Shown: piece by piece, positions 1 through 7,858 of the stretch
Layout: each line of letters opens with the position of its first letter
How positions within the stretch are numbered: position 1 is the first letter of the stretch
Virus record (IMG/VR): IMGVR_UViG_3300037067_026316
Source: an uncultured virus (IMG/VR IMGVR_UViG_3300037067_026316)
Lineage: Duplodnaviria; Heunggongvirae; Uroviricota; Caudoviricetes
Length of the DNA stretch: 22,926 nucleotides
Reading direction: 5' to 3' (one strand)
Made by a program: the position numbers and the translations under genes
Notes under the pieces: generated by a model
Database searches by the model: none
Told to the model about the DNA's origin: nothing
Seen by the model: the letters and a program-made list of their open reading frames with translations, nothing else

Positions 1-837
1 AGGGACGGATATTCCATTTTGGGATATCCATCCTCTATTATCTCATTAAATCCTTACGGCAGGGGCTGCAATTATAATTGCCTATATTGCCATCAGAGAT
101 ATTGTATAAAAGGAAATGGTGTTGCTGCTGATGAAAATACTTTCCTAGAAAAACTAGAGAGGGGACTGGAAGGAAAGTTAATGAAAAAAGCTTTTCAAAA
201 TCAAAATTGGCTTTTCATAGGTGACCGTACAGAATGCTTTGGTCCCTTTGAGGAACAATATAAACTTTCATTAAAAGCTATGAAGTTGTTAAATAAATAT
301 AATTATAGATATGGAATAATGACAAAATCCAATTTGGTAGGCACGGACCAATATATAAAACAATTAAGAAAGAATACAGAATTACAAATATCAGTAAGTA
401 CTCCAATAGATTATTGCAGTAGAATAATGGAACAAGGGGCTCCTACTACTAGCCAAAGATTAAAGGTAGCTGGAATAATTAAAAATTTAGGATTCAATGT
501 AGTAATAAGAGTTGAACCAGTTTTTCCAGATAGACCTGACTATTTTTATAGTTTTGGAAGAAATCAAAGGTCAGCATCAAAATTTGTATATTGGAATAAT
601 ACTTTAATATATCAAATATTCGATAGAGGTGTAAGAGATATAATAGTCCATATGCTGCAGGCTCATTGGCCTATGTTCTCAGAAATAAAAAAAGCATTTG
701 AATTTGATTTAAGGCCTTTTTATAAAGAGAATGGTACAATGATTCCTTATTATTCTATATTAGAGAAAGATTATTATTACAATCAAATAAAGTCATTAGC
801 AGAGCGCTATAAAATACATGCAACAATCATAAGTTAA
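1..837 (+). CDS. Radical SAM protein, spore photoproduct lyase (SplB)-like family; probably 5'-truncated
   Basis: SLNPYGRGCNYNCLYC gives the CxxxCxxC motif in an NPY-GC context. TKS, ISVST, EQGAPTTSQRL and RVEPVFP are typical of SPL-like radical SAMs. The frame is open back to base 1 and the track's start at 19 is a TTG. Confidence 0.75.
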   Translation, partial: RDGYSILGYPSSIISLNPYGRGCNYNCLYCHQRYCIKGNGVAADENTFLEKLERGLEGKLMKKAFQNQNWLFIGDRTECFGPFEEQYKLSLKAMKLLNKYNYRYGIMTKSNLVGTDQYIKQLRKNTELQISVSTPIDYCSRIMEQGAPTTSQRLKVAGIIKNLGFNVVIRVEPVFPDRPDYFYSFGRNQRSASKFVYWNNTLIYQIFDRGVRDIIVHMLQAHWPMFSEIKKAFEFDLRPFYKENGTMIPYYSILEKDYYYNQIKSLAERYKIHATIIS

Positions 838-873
838 GCTTTTATACTATAGCAGCATAATTAGATGCTATAG
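833..873 (+). promoter_or_regulatory. Archaeal-type promoter P1 with CTATAG-N15-CTATAG operator-like motif
   Basis: TTTATA (841-846) followed by CTATAG at 847 and 868. Here these form the inverted repeat CTATAGCA-N11-TGCTATAG. Same geometry as the motifs at 2143, 7811 and 21082. Confidence 0.65.
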
Positions 874-888
874 GAGAAAAGATAACGA

Positions 889-1014
889 ATGGCTGAAGAA
901 GATTATATTTTTGCTAAACCAGTAATTCCCGCTATTGGAACATGTACAAAAATAAAGAGCATCAGATGTTTTATCAAGGGAAACATCTTAAAAGAATGGG
1001 GCCTTATAAAATGA
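889..1014 (+). CDS. Small hypothetical protein, 41 aa (MAEEDYIFAKPVIPAIG...), not in the ORF track
   Basis: First ATG after P1 and a GGAG. Its TGA overlaps the next ATG (ATGA at 1011-1014). Confidence 0.5.
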   Translation: MAEEDYIFAKPVIPAIGTCTKIKSIRCFIKGNILKEWGLIK

Positions 1015-1364
1015 AAGAACAAACTTGCTTTAACTGCAGGTATGCAGACGTATATCCCGGAACTCCGGATGTATTCTATCTACCTAATGGAGACCCTGGT
1101 TATCCTGGAGACCCTCCAGAGGCAATGTGTACAGATCCTTTAGCTTCCTTTTTAAAGGAGGAATACGAAGACTTGATAGATATATATCAGCATCTAATAA
1201 GATCTCTATTTAGAAAAGAATTCGAACTAGAAGACAAAGGATTCTTAAAACTAAGCGCTTCTCAACTATGTCGAATAGAGAATAATCTAAATGTAGAACT
1301 TGATTTTGCTATCTATTGTCCTATGTATGAGTACGATAGAAAAAAAAGACGTAGAATACTATGA
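1011..1364 (+). CDS. Hypothetical Cys-containing viral protein
   Basis: Track ORF 942-1364. The start was moved to ATG 1011 (MKEQTCFNC) because of ATGA coupling. CxxC near the N-terminus and YCPMY near the C-terminus. Confidence 0.6.
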   Translation: MKEQTCFNCRYADVYPGTPDVFYLPNGDPGYPGDPPEAMCTDPLASFLKEEYEDLIDIYQHLIRSLFRKEFELEDKGFLKLSASQLCRIENNLNVELDFAIYCPMYEYDRKKRRRIL

Positions 1365-1418
1365 TAGTGAAATATGCAAAGACTGCGAATGCATATCTTG
1401 CCAGTTGAAGAGGTGACG

Positions 1419-1748
1419 ATGAATAATATAATATGGTCTTTTACCCCTTTTTCAATAGATGAATTAAGTCCATATATTAACTGGAATTCAATAAAAAGAA
1501 AAAGATACTTTTATATAAGAGAAAATAAAAAAGATAGCAGTTTACATCTTAGAATTGCAACTCTAAAATCTTGCGGACAGAAGATCTCCATGGATTTAAA
1601 TCATAAGTATCTAAATATAAGCAATCTTGAACTAGCTGAATCGGTTGCTATGTCAAAGATAAATGGAGATTCATATAAAAATGACCATAGTATAAATAAA
1701 AGAATAAAAACAGCTTTAGAAAAAGCGTTAAAAGAGAATCTAATATAG
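1419..1748 (+). CDS. Hypothetical protein
   Basis: Track ORF 1374-1748. A GAGGTG RBS precedes ATG 1419. Confidence 0.6.
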   Translation: MNNIIWSFTPFSIDELSPYINWNSIKRKRYFYIRENKKDSSLHLRIATLKSCGQKISMDLNHKYLNISNLELAESVAMSKINGDSYKNDHSINKRIKTALEKALKENLI

Positions 1749-1759
1749 CCGGAGGAAAA

Positions 1760-1921
1760 ATGAGCCCTGATGAAGAAGAGCTAAAACGCTACAGAGAACA
1801 TATAAATAAAATATTAGATTTCAGCAACAACCAAAATGCGCAAATTTATCCAGTAGTAATTCCAGATAGTAAAAAATATCAATATTTATGGTGCAAATGG
1901 AGCATAGAGAGGAAAGAATGA
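1760..1921 (+). CDS. Small hypothetical protein, 53 aa (MSPDEEELKRYREH...), not in the ORF track
   Basis: GGAGG RBS at 1751-1755. The stop overlaps the next start (ATGA 1918-1921). Confidence 0.6.
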   Translation: MSPDEEELKRYREHINKILDFSNNQNAQIYPVVIPDSKKYQYLWCKWSIERKE

Positions 1922-2124
1922 CCGTGATTGATGAGATCAAAGAATCGCAGGATAAATTTAAGCTAGCATACTTATTAGATCCTAGACACCGATGCTCTAC
2001 ATGCGGAGGATTAGGAAATGTAATAAGAGAATACTGGGATCTTAGCCATGAATTAAAAATAATATATGAATGTTGCCCTGATTGTCTCGGGCAAGGTAAT
2101 ATTTGGAAGGTGAAATGGAAATGA
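1918..2124 (+). CDS. Small protein with DnaJ-type CxxCxGxG zinc-finger repeats
   Basis: CSTCGGLG and CPDCLGQG. Start taken from the ATGA overlap. Confidence 0.65.
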   Translation: MTVIDEIKESQDKFKLAYLLDPRHRCSTCGGLGNVIREYWDLSHELKIIYECCPDCLGQGNIWKVKWK

Positions 2125-2142
2125 GTACTAAAGTATAACAGG

Positions 2143-2183
2143 GAAAAGTTTATTAACTATAGGCTACACTATTCTTACTATAG
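2143..2183 (+). promoter_or_regulatory. Promoter P2 (BRE-TATA plus CTATAG-N15-CTATAG)
   Basis: GAAAAG-TTTATTAA, then CTATAG at 2157 and 2178. Confidence 0.7.
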
Positions 2184-2211
2184 CGATAAGATAAAAGGCG
2201 GGATAGGAAAA

Positions 2212-2733
2212 ATGAGAAAATTGTCTATGCTGCTGTTGTGGATTGTTCTCATAATCCATATGGCTGCTGCTGCAGAAGATCTAAAGGATATCCAAGTCTA
2301 CGCTAAGTACTACGCAAAGTATTCTATGGATAACCAAGATGCATTAGATGATTATCTAAATATTTCCTTCTTGCTGAAAGATGAAGGCAAGAATATCGCT
2401 ATAGATGGCAATTTTGTCATAATGGTAACGACAGATCGCGGGTTTATCTATGCTAAGGAGGTAGGATCTTTAAAATCATCTGATTTTGTAAAAAAAGTAA
2501 TAAGATGGCCTACAGATCAAGAGATAACGACCACAACTATAAGATCTCCTGAAATAAGCATCAATGGATCTAAATTCATTAATATAGAAATAAACAAAAC
2601 AAATGGAAAATACGAGAATCTAGGGCATAAAGCTCCCTATGGATCAGGAACAGTATCCATTGTATTTACAGATCAAGAAGGAACTCGATTTGTAGGAGAA
2701 TCTCGTATTCAATTCAGGGGTCCAAAGTACTAA
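2212..2733 (+). CDS. Secreted/surface hypothetical protein
   Basis: N-terminal MRK, hydrophobic stretch and AAA signal peptide. The stop codon directly abuts the GGYNN array. Confidence 0.7.
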   Translation: MRKLSMLLLWIVLIIHMAAAAEDLKDIQVYAKYYAKYSMDNQDALDDYLNISFLLKDEGKNIAIDGNFVIMVTTDRGFIYAKEVGSLKSSDFVKKVIRWPTDQEITTTTIRSPEISINGSKFINIEINKTNGKYENLGHKAPYGSGTVSIVFTDQEGTRFVGESRIQFRGPKY

Positions 2734-2935
2734 GGCAAGGTTCAAGGCGAGGCCGGGCGGGGCTAGGCAGGGCATGGGCTTGGCAAGGCAGGGCTGGGCT
2801 TGGCAAGGCAGGGCCGGGCCGGGCAGGGCATGGCTTGGCAAGGCAAGGTTCAAGGCGCGGCCAAGCTAGGCAAGGCAGGGCAGGGCTTGGCAAGGCAGGG
2901 CTTGGCAAGGCAAGGCAAGGTTCGAGGCGTGGTGT
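2734..2935 (+). repeat. GGY-NN pentamer array 1 (putative guide-RNA-like ncRNA array)
   Basis: Parsed by hand into 36 pentamers (34 GGCNN, 1 GGTNN, 1 AGCTA), 3 GGTTCRA heptamers (2739, 2847, 2919) and one extra G (2776), totalling 202 nt. It is a GC-rich island in an AT-rich genome. Confidence 0.9.
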
Positions 2936-2979
2936 TATCATTTAAAAAGATAAAAACAAGTTAGAGGAGATGAAAAGAA

Positions 2980-3498
2980 ATGAGATCGATAGAAGCAATA
3001 GTTGCTATAGCCCTTTGCACGGCTATAGTTTGGCCTGTATGTATAGCCGCCGATTTCAACTCTGTAACATGGAGTACAGGAGATGGTATAACGGTGACAG
3101 AATATACCATAATTGGCGGGAAGCTGACAACTTCAGAGAAATGGCTGAAAGCTTCGGATGGAACAGTACTTTATGAAGGCAACTATCGGAATGGTGGACA
3201 GGTCCAATGGTCTGTGCTTCCTCCTAAGAAGCCTACAAGCATGTTTGACAATACGCCACAAGTATTCCAGCAGTCTATAAGCTTCTCTGGATTCCCAAAT
3301 AATTATGGACCTACTACCACCTGGGGAAGTTCTACAACTTCAGGCAGTGGAGGATCTTCCTTAGAAGCTTATAACAACTTTATATCAAAACCCATAGGCA
3401 GAGATTCAAGCAGTAGCAGCAATTCATTTACAGATAAATTCAATGCCTTTGGTGCAAAGTATGGAGGATCAAGCTTTAAACCTCTAAGCTTTAGCTAA
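2980..3498 (+). CDS. Secreted hypothetical protein with Ser/Gly/Thr-rich C-terminal half
   Basis: Signal peptide MRSIEAIVAIALCTAIVWPVCIA and a low-complexity S/G/T tail. Confidence 0.65.
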   Translation: MRSIEAIVAIALCTAIVWPVCIAADFNSVTWSTGDGITVTEYTIIGGKLTTSEKWLKASDGTVLYEGNYRNGGQVQWSVLPPKKPTSMFDNTPQVFQQSISFSGFPNNYGPTTTWGSSTTSGSGGSSLEAYNNFISKPIGRDSSSSSNSFTDKFNAFGAKYGGSSFKPLSFS

Positions 3499-3524
3499 GA
3501 AGGAGAGAATAATTCTCTTCTTCT
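3498..3524 (+). terminator. Short hairpin after the secreted-protein gene, possible terminator or processing site
   Basis: AGAAGGAGAGAAT / ATTCTCTTCTTCT inverted repeat with one G-U pair. Confidence 0.35.
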
Positions 3525-3543
3525 CTATTATTCCGAGGTTTTC

Positions 3544-3825
3544 ATGAAAGGACCTGCTGCAGAAGCAATAAAACTAGCTACAAAAAGAGCCAAACGCAAA
3601 TTTATTAGATGCCAGGGCAAAGGCGGGATATGCCCTAATCCTGCAAGTCAACAGACAGACAGAATACCTGGGGCCTATTGTGATTTTTGCAAACTGGAAG
3701 TAGATAGAACCATTCAACGGATGAGAGAATATGTAGAAGAAAATAATCTAATAGACCACGATGCTGTAGTTAAGAAGTTAAAATCAATGGGGTTTATAGT
3801 AAACAGGATAAAGGTTAAAAAATGA
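3544..3825 (+). CDS. Hypothetical Cys4 zinc-binding protein
   Basis: GAGG RBS. C-x6-C ... YCDFC. Confidence 0.6.
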   Translation: MKGPAAEAIKLATKRAKRKFIRCQGKGGICPNPASQQTDRIPGAYCDFCKLEVDRTIQRMREYVEENNLIDHDAVVKKLKSMGFIVNRIKVKK

Positions 3826-3989
3826 TCTGCTCTGTAAATGACTGTAACAAGGAAGCAACAGTAAGGTTCAGACCTTTAGGGAATATTCCTCTCTGCGAAG
3901 GGCACCGTAAGGAAATTTATGAGGTTAGGGAAAAAGCTTACCGTAAACATAACATTTTTCAAGTTGAAAATGTACAAGATAACATGTAG
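3822..3989 (+). CDS. Small C3H zinc-finger protein, 55 aa (MICSVNDCNKEA...LCEGH), not in the ORF track
   Basis: ATGA overlap with the upstream gene. C-x4-C ... LCxxH motif. Confidence 0.65.
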   Translation: MICSVNDCNKEATVRFRPLGNIPLCEGHRKEIYEVREKAYRKHNIFQVENVQDNM

Positions 3990-4180
3990 AGAGACCTGAT
4001 CTCTCTAAAGTTTAAGACTATGAAGCTAAGGCCATCCTCTCCCTTTTACCTTCCTGCTGGTCTTGGCTTCAAGAAATTTTTAGATACATAGTTATGATCT
4101 ACAAGACAAAAATTTTTACGAACAAAGAAAAATAGTTTAATTCAAGATAATAAATAGGTCTTCTGATATTGATTTCAAGA

Positions 4181-4200
4181 CCGGAAGGTTTAAGCATATA
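4181..4200 (+). promoter_or_regulatory. Putative BRE-TATA promoter of nrdD
   Basis: CCGGAAGG-TTTAAG about 50 nt upstream of the ATG. GAGGT RBS before 4241. Confidence 0.4.
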
Positions 4201-4240
4201 TAGAACAAAGAGCTGAATTCAAATAGAATAGAGGTATTAT

Positions 4241-7200
4241 ATGAAATCTAACAAATATTTAGAAGGACTTATTCGCGGCCTTCAGGAAAGAACTAAATGT
4301 TCTATGGATCTTTTTGGCATTGAGCCTATAGATCATGCTGAAGCAGAAAAAGTTGTAAAAATTGCTATGAAAGTTGCTGATCAATTACCATTTCTAGACA
4401 TAAACGAACAACTAGAGAATGAATTAATCTGTCAAACTTTAAGAAGTAGAGGACATGAAGAATATGCAAACATTTATAGTATGGTAGGAATACCAGTAGA
4501 AAATCTAATAAATACAATAACAGGTAACGGTTTTGAAGCAAGAGAGAATGCAAATTTACAAAACAATGCTGAAACATCGCATAAAAAGGGTGCAGATGAT
4601 TTATTTAAAAAATTCTATTTGAAACTTTTACCAATTAAAATTAAAGAAATGCATGAAAATGGAGATCTACATATTCATGATTTAGAATATTTTGGAACCA
4701 GGCCCTTCTGCATTCCAGATAATGAAATAGTTCTTAGAAGGAGAGATGGTAATGTACAGATAGCAGCACCAAGTACATGTCAGGTAGGCGATGAACTACA
4801 TACTAACGACGGATGGAACACTATTAAATTCATCACCAAAAGGCAATACAAGGGTGACTTGATAACTATTAGTACTGCCAACGGCGGAACGGTCACAACT
4901 ACGCCAGAGCACCGCATACCTACAACAAAAGGTATCAAACCTTGTAGCGATCTTATATTAAAAGATGAATTAATATCTACTAATGAAGATCATCATCTTC
5001 AAGGAAAAGAAGAAATATCAGAGATAGAAGCGCTATTCTTAGGAACCTACATAGCTGATGGACATTCTATAGGACGTTCTGATATTGGCTATCAAGTCAT
5101 AATATCTGACGATTCTCCTATATCTGAAAAAATAGTAAAAGATTTAGCTGCAAAAAGAGGATATAACTTATGCATTTCAAAGATACCTCATAAATGCCCT
5201 CAGTATATTATCTGCAGAAAGGAGCTGTATTCCGAATTAGTTGATAAATACGGCATCAATACAGGTGCTTTAAATAAATCTCTTCCAAAGAATATCTTCA
5301 ATATGCCCTTAGAAAGACAAAAAGATATCATAGCTGCTATGTTTCATGGCGATGGCGGTGTTTTTTACCAACCTAAAAAATCAAGCATAACAATTAATTA
5401 TACTACTATATCAAGAACGCTAATGAAACAACTTGGATTGTGGCTTACTCTAAACGGGATATCATTTAGAGTAAAGAAAAAAATGGTATCTGATGGTAGT
5501 AAATATTATATCAATTCTCAACTTATTAATTCACGGCATACTATCTACATAATACGCATAAATCGCGATGGACTAAAGAAGCTAAAGTTCTTAGGGAAAC
5601 AAAAAGAGCATGTAGAAAAGTATCTGTCAAATATCAATCAAATTCAACGCAAACCAAAGAAGAATAATATCATCTCAATAGAAAAAAATCAATTTGAGGG
5701 GAATGTTTACGACTTTGGTTTAGAAGGAGCTAATGATGATCCTCTAAAACATCAATTCTTAGCCGGAACGGGTGTAGTAATCAACAATTGCATGGACTGG
5801 GATCTACGCTATTTCCTCTACTATGGATTAATGCCTGATGGAAATGGAACTAAAGCTTCCGTGAGTGGGCCTGCAATGCATCCTGAAGTAGCCGTTCTAC
5901 ATGCAGTAAAAGTTTTAGGCAGCGCTCAGACAAACTTTGCCGGAGGACAAGGCTATTATAATTTCTTAACATTTTTAGCTCCTTATTTTCATCATTTACC
6001 CTACAAAAAGATAAAACAACTAATGCAAATGTTCGTTTTTGAGATGACTCAAATGATGGTTGCTCGCGGCGGCCAATTGGTCTTCTCTTCGGTGCAACTA
6101 TCTCCTGGGGTCCCTAGATTATGGAAGGATAAGCCTGTTGTAGCGTTTGGGAAATGCTTTGATGGCAAGAAAGAAAAAAGATGGGAGTATGGAGATCTGG
6201 AAGCTGAAGTAAGGCTAATGTTCATGGCTCTAATGGAAGTGCTCCTTCAAGGAGATTATTGGAACAAACCATTCAACTTCCCTAAACCTGAAATAGTACT
6301 TGATAAAGAATTTGTAGATAATATGAATGCAGAGTCTCCTTCTATCGATTCTTGTTATGAAATTGACAAACTACCAACATTTTATGATCTTTACCTTAAA
6401 GCGTTTGAATTATCAGCTAATACAGGCTCTCCTTACTTTGATAATTGCATACCAGATTATCGTAGCCCGATGGGTGGAGAAGGTATAGCTTGTTATCAAT
6501 GTTGTAGCTATAGATTTTCAACTTCAATAGAAGCTGATCCAGATTTTAGAGACAAACTTAACTTCAAAGAAGGCGCTCATTTTTCAATGGGTAGCTTCCA
6601 AGTAGTAACAATTAACATTCCAAGAATAGCATACAAATCAAAAGATTTAGATGAATGTATAGTAAACATCAAAAAAATGATGAAAGAATCAATGCAGATC
6701 TTCTATGCTAAGGCGTATTGGATGAATAAAATGAAAGAAAGCAATCGGATGCCCTTCATTTCTCAAAGACCCCATAATCCAGCCTGTAAGACATTAAAAG
6801 GCCCTGAGGCTGCAGATCTATCATCTCTAACATATATCTTCGGTATAGTAGGCTTAGAAGAAGCCGTACAGAGCCTTTCATGCATGAAGATGGAAGATTC
6901 TATTGAGGCATGGGAAATAGGCCTTACTATTGTCTCTGAGATGGAAGGCTATCTAGAAGAGCTGGAAAAAGAAAGTGGTTTTATACTGGCAATAGCCCGG
7001 ACTCCAGCAGAGACTGTAGCCGGAAGGTTTGCAGCCCTTGATCTGATGAATGAAGAAATAGTTTATCAAGCTATGGATGTTATAAAAGGAGATGTTGCAG
7101 GTTGCCTAGCAAAGATACATGCCTTTGGAGATAAAAGCACAGATCAACCGGTCTACTATACTAATGGTACTCATATACCAGTATCCGCTACTATATCTTT

Positions 7201-7543
7201 AGGAAAGAAAGCTGAAAGGGAAGGAGCATTTTTCCCCATATTAAGCGGCGGGAATATTATGCACATATTCCTAGGAGAGGAAACTCCTAACCCTGAGGCA
7301 CTAATGAGTTTTGCGCTTAAATTAGCTAGAGAGACTCCAGTAGGCTATTTTTGCTTTACCAGGGACTTTACTATCTGTCTCGATTGTGATAGAATATCTG
7401 CAGGGTTAAAAAATGAATGCCCCTTATGCAGGTCAGATAGGATAGACCACATCAGTAGAGTAACAGGATATAATCAAGCAGTTAGCGGCTGGAACAACGC
7501 AAAACAGCAAGAACTAAAGGATAGAATAAGATATACTTTGTAA
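4241..7543 (+). CDS. nrdD: Anaerobic (class III) ribonucleoside-triphosphate reductase, intein-containing
   Basis: ENAN, GDLHIHDLEY, QTNFAGGQG, FPKP, finger loop YQCCSYRF, RTPAET, YYTNGTH, GGNIMH, Zn site CLDC..CPLC and glycyl-radical loop SRVTGY. Confidence 0.95.
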   Translation: MKSNKYLEGLIRGLQERTKCSMDLFGIEPIDHAEAEKVVKIAMKVADQLPFLDINEQLENELICQTLRSRGHEEYANIYSMVGIPVENLINTITGNGFEARENANLQNNAETSHKKGADDLFKKFYLKLLPIKIKEMHENGDLHIHDLEYFGTRPFCIPDNEIVLRRRDGNVQIAAPSTCQVGDELHTNDGWNTIKFITKRQYKGDLITISTANGGTVTTTPEHRIPTTKGIKPCSDLILKDELISTNEDHHLQGKEEISEIEALFLGTYIADGHSIGRSDIGYQVIISDDSPISEKIVKDLAAKRGYNLCISKIPHKCPQYIICRKELYSELVDKYGINTGALNKSLPKNIFNMPLERQKDIIAAMFHGDGGVFYQPKKSSITINYTTISRTLMKQLGLWLTLNGISFRVKKKMVSDGSKYYINSQLINSRHTIYIIRINRDGLKKLKFLGKQKEHVEKYLSNINQIQRKPKKNNIISIEKNQFEGNVYDFGLEGANDDPLKHQFLAGTGVVINNCMDWDLRYFLYYGLMPDGNGTKASVSGPAMHPEVAVLHAVKVLGSAQTNFAGGQGYYNFLTFLAPYFHHLPYKKIKQLMQMFVFEMTQMMVARGGQLVFSSVQLSPGVPRLWKDKPVVAFGKCFDGKKEKRWEYGDLEAEVRLMFMALMEVLLQGDYWNKPFNFPKPEIVLDKEFVDNMNAESPSIDSCYEIDKLPTFYDLYLKAFELSANTGSPYFDNCIPDYRSPMGGEGIACYQCCSYRFSTSIEADPDFRDKLNFKEGAHFSMGSFQVVTINIPRIAYKSKDLDECIVNIKKMMKESMQIFYAKAYWMNKMKESNRMPFISQRPHNPACKTLKGPEAADLSSLTYIFGIVGLEEAVQSLSCMKMEDSIEAWEIGLTIVSEMEGYLEELEKESGFILAIARTPAETVAGRFAALDLMNEEIVYQAMDVIKGDVAGCLAKIHAFGDKSTDQPVYYTNGTHIPVSATISLGKKAEREGAFFPILSGGNIMHIFLGEETPNPEALMSFALKLARETPVGYFCFTRDFTICLDCDRISAGLKNECPLCRSDRIDHISRVTGYNQAVSGWNNAKQQELKDRIRYTL
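4709..5788 (+). mobile_element. Intein with LAGLIDADG homing endonuclease in NrdD (360 aa)
   Basis: Begins CIPDNE after TRPF. Block B TTTPEHRI, LAGLIDADG motifs FLGTYIADG and IIAAMFHGDG, block F VYDFGL. Ends VINN with +1 Cys. Excision restores TRPF-CMDWDLRYF. Confidence 0.92.
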
Positions 7544-7559
7544 GCTTTAAAAGTGAGGT

Positions 7560-7793
7560 TTGTATATGTTAAATAAAATTAAAAGTATATTAGGGAACCT
7601 TCCTCCAAAGAAGGTTCCTAGGTCATGTCAAACTTGCCAAAATTGGAAAGCAGATTTTGAAATTAGTAGTTATGGAATTTGTAATATAAAATATGATAGA
7701 TTTACTATACTCAAAATTCCATTAACTGAATCAATAACTGTATTCAACCATGAATGCGATGAAGAGAGAAGATATAGACCTATTGATCAATAG
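7560..7793 (+). CDS. Small Cys-rich hypothetical protein
   Basis: RSCQTCQNW...GIC...HEC. A GTGAGGT RBS suggests the real start is the ATG at about 7566. Confidence 0.6.
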   Translation: MYMLNKIKSILGNLPPKKVPRSCQTCQNWKADFEISSYGICNIKYDRFTILKIPLTESITVFNHECDEERRYRPIDQ

Positions 7794-7810
7794 GTCTTTT
7801 CTTTTAAACC

Positions 7811-7851
7811 GAAAGCCTTTTTAACTATAACAGCAATATAAATTACTATAG
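7811..7851 (+). promoter_or_regulatory. Promoter P3 (BRE-TATA plus CTATAA-N15-CTATAG)
   Basis: GAAAGCC-TTTTTAA, then CTATAA at 7825 and CTATAG at 7846. Confidence 0.7.
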
Positions 7852-7858
7852 CATTAGG

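Noticed and set aside
1..837. Radical SAM gene as the NrdG activase of NrdD
   Set aside because: The motif context is SPL-like rather than the NrdG/PflA type, and it is not adjacent to nrdD.
2739..2745. GGTTCRA as a tRNA T-loop, i.e. a tRNA gene
   Set aside because: It lacks the closing NTCC of the T-arm and any cloverleaf. No tRNA was recognised in the window.
2734..2935. Array as a canonical CRISPR array or a simple microsatellite
   Set aside because: There are no 25-45-bp repeats with unique spacers. Variation is restricted to two of five positions with regular delimiters, unlike random microsatellite decay.
2644..2941. Minus-strand ORFs 2644-2853 and 2714-2941 (PALPC/LALP repeats)
   Set aside because: They are translations of the reverse complement of the GGCNN array and overlap a real + strand gene, with no RBS or promoter support.
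2970..3176. 68-aa + strand ORF
   Set aside because: It is an alternative frame overlapping the longer signal-peptide gene 2980-3498.
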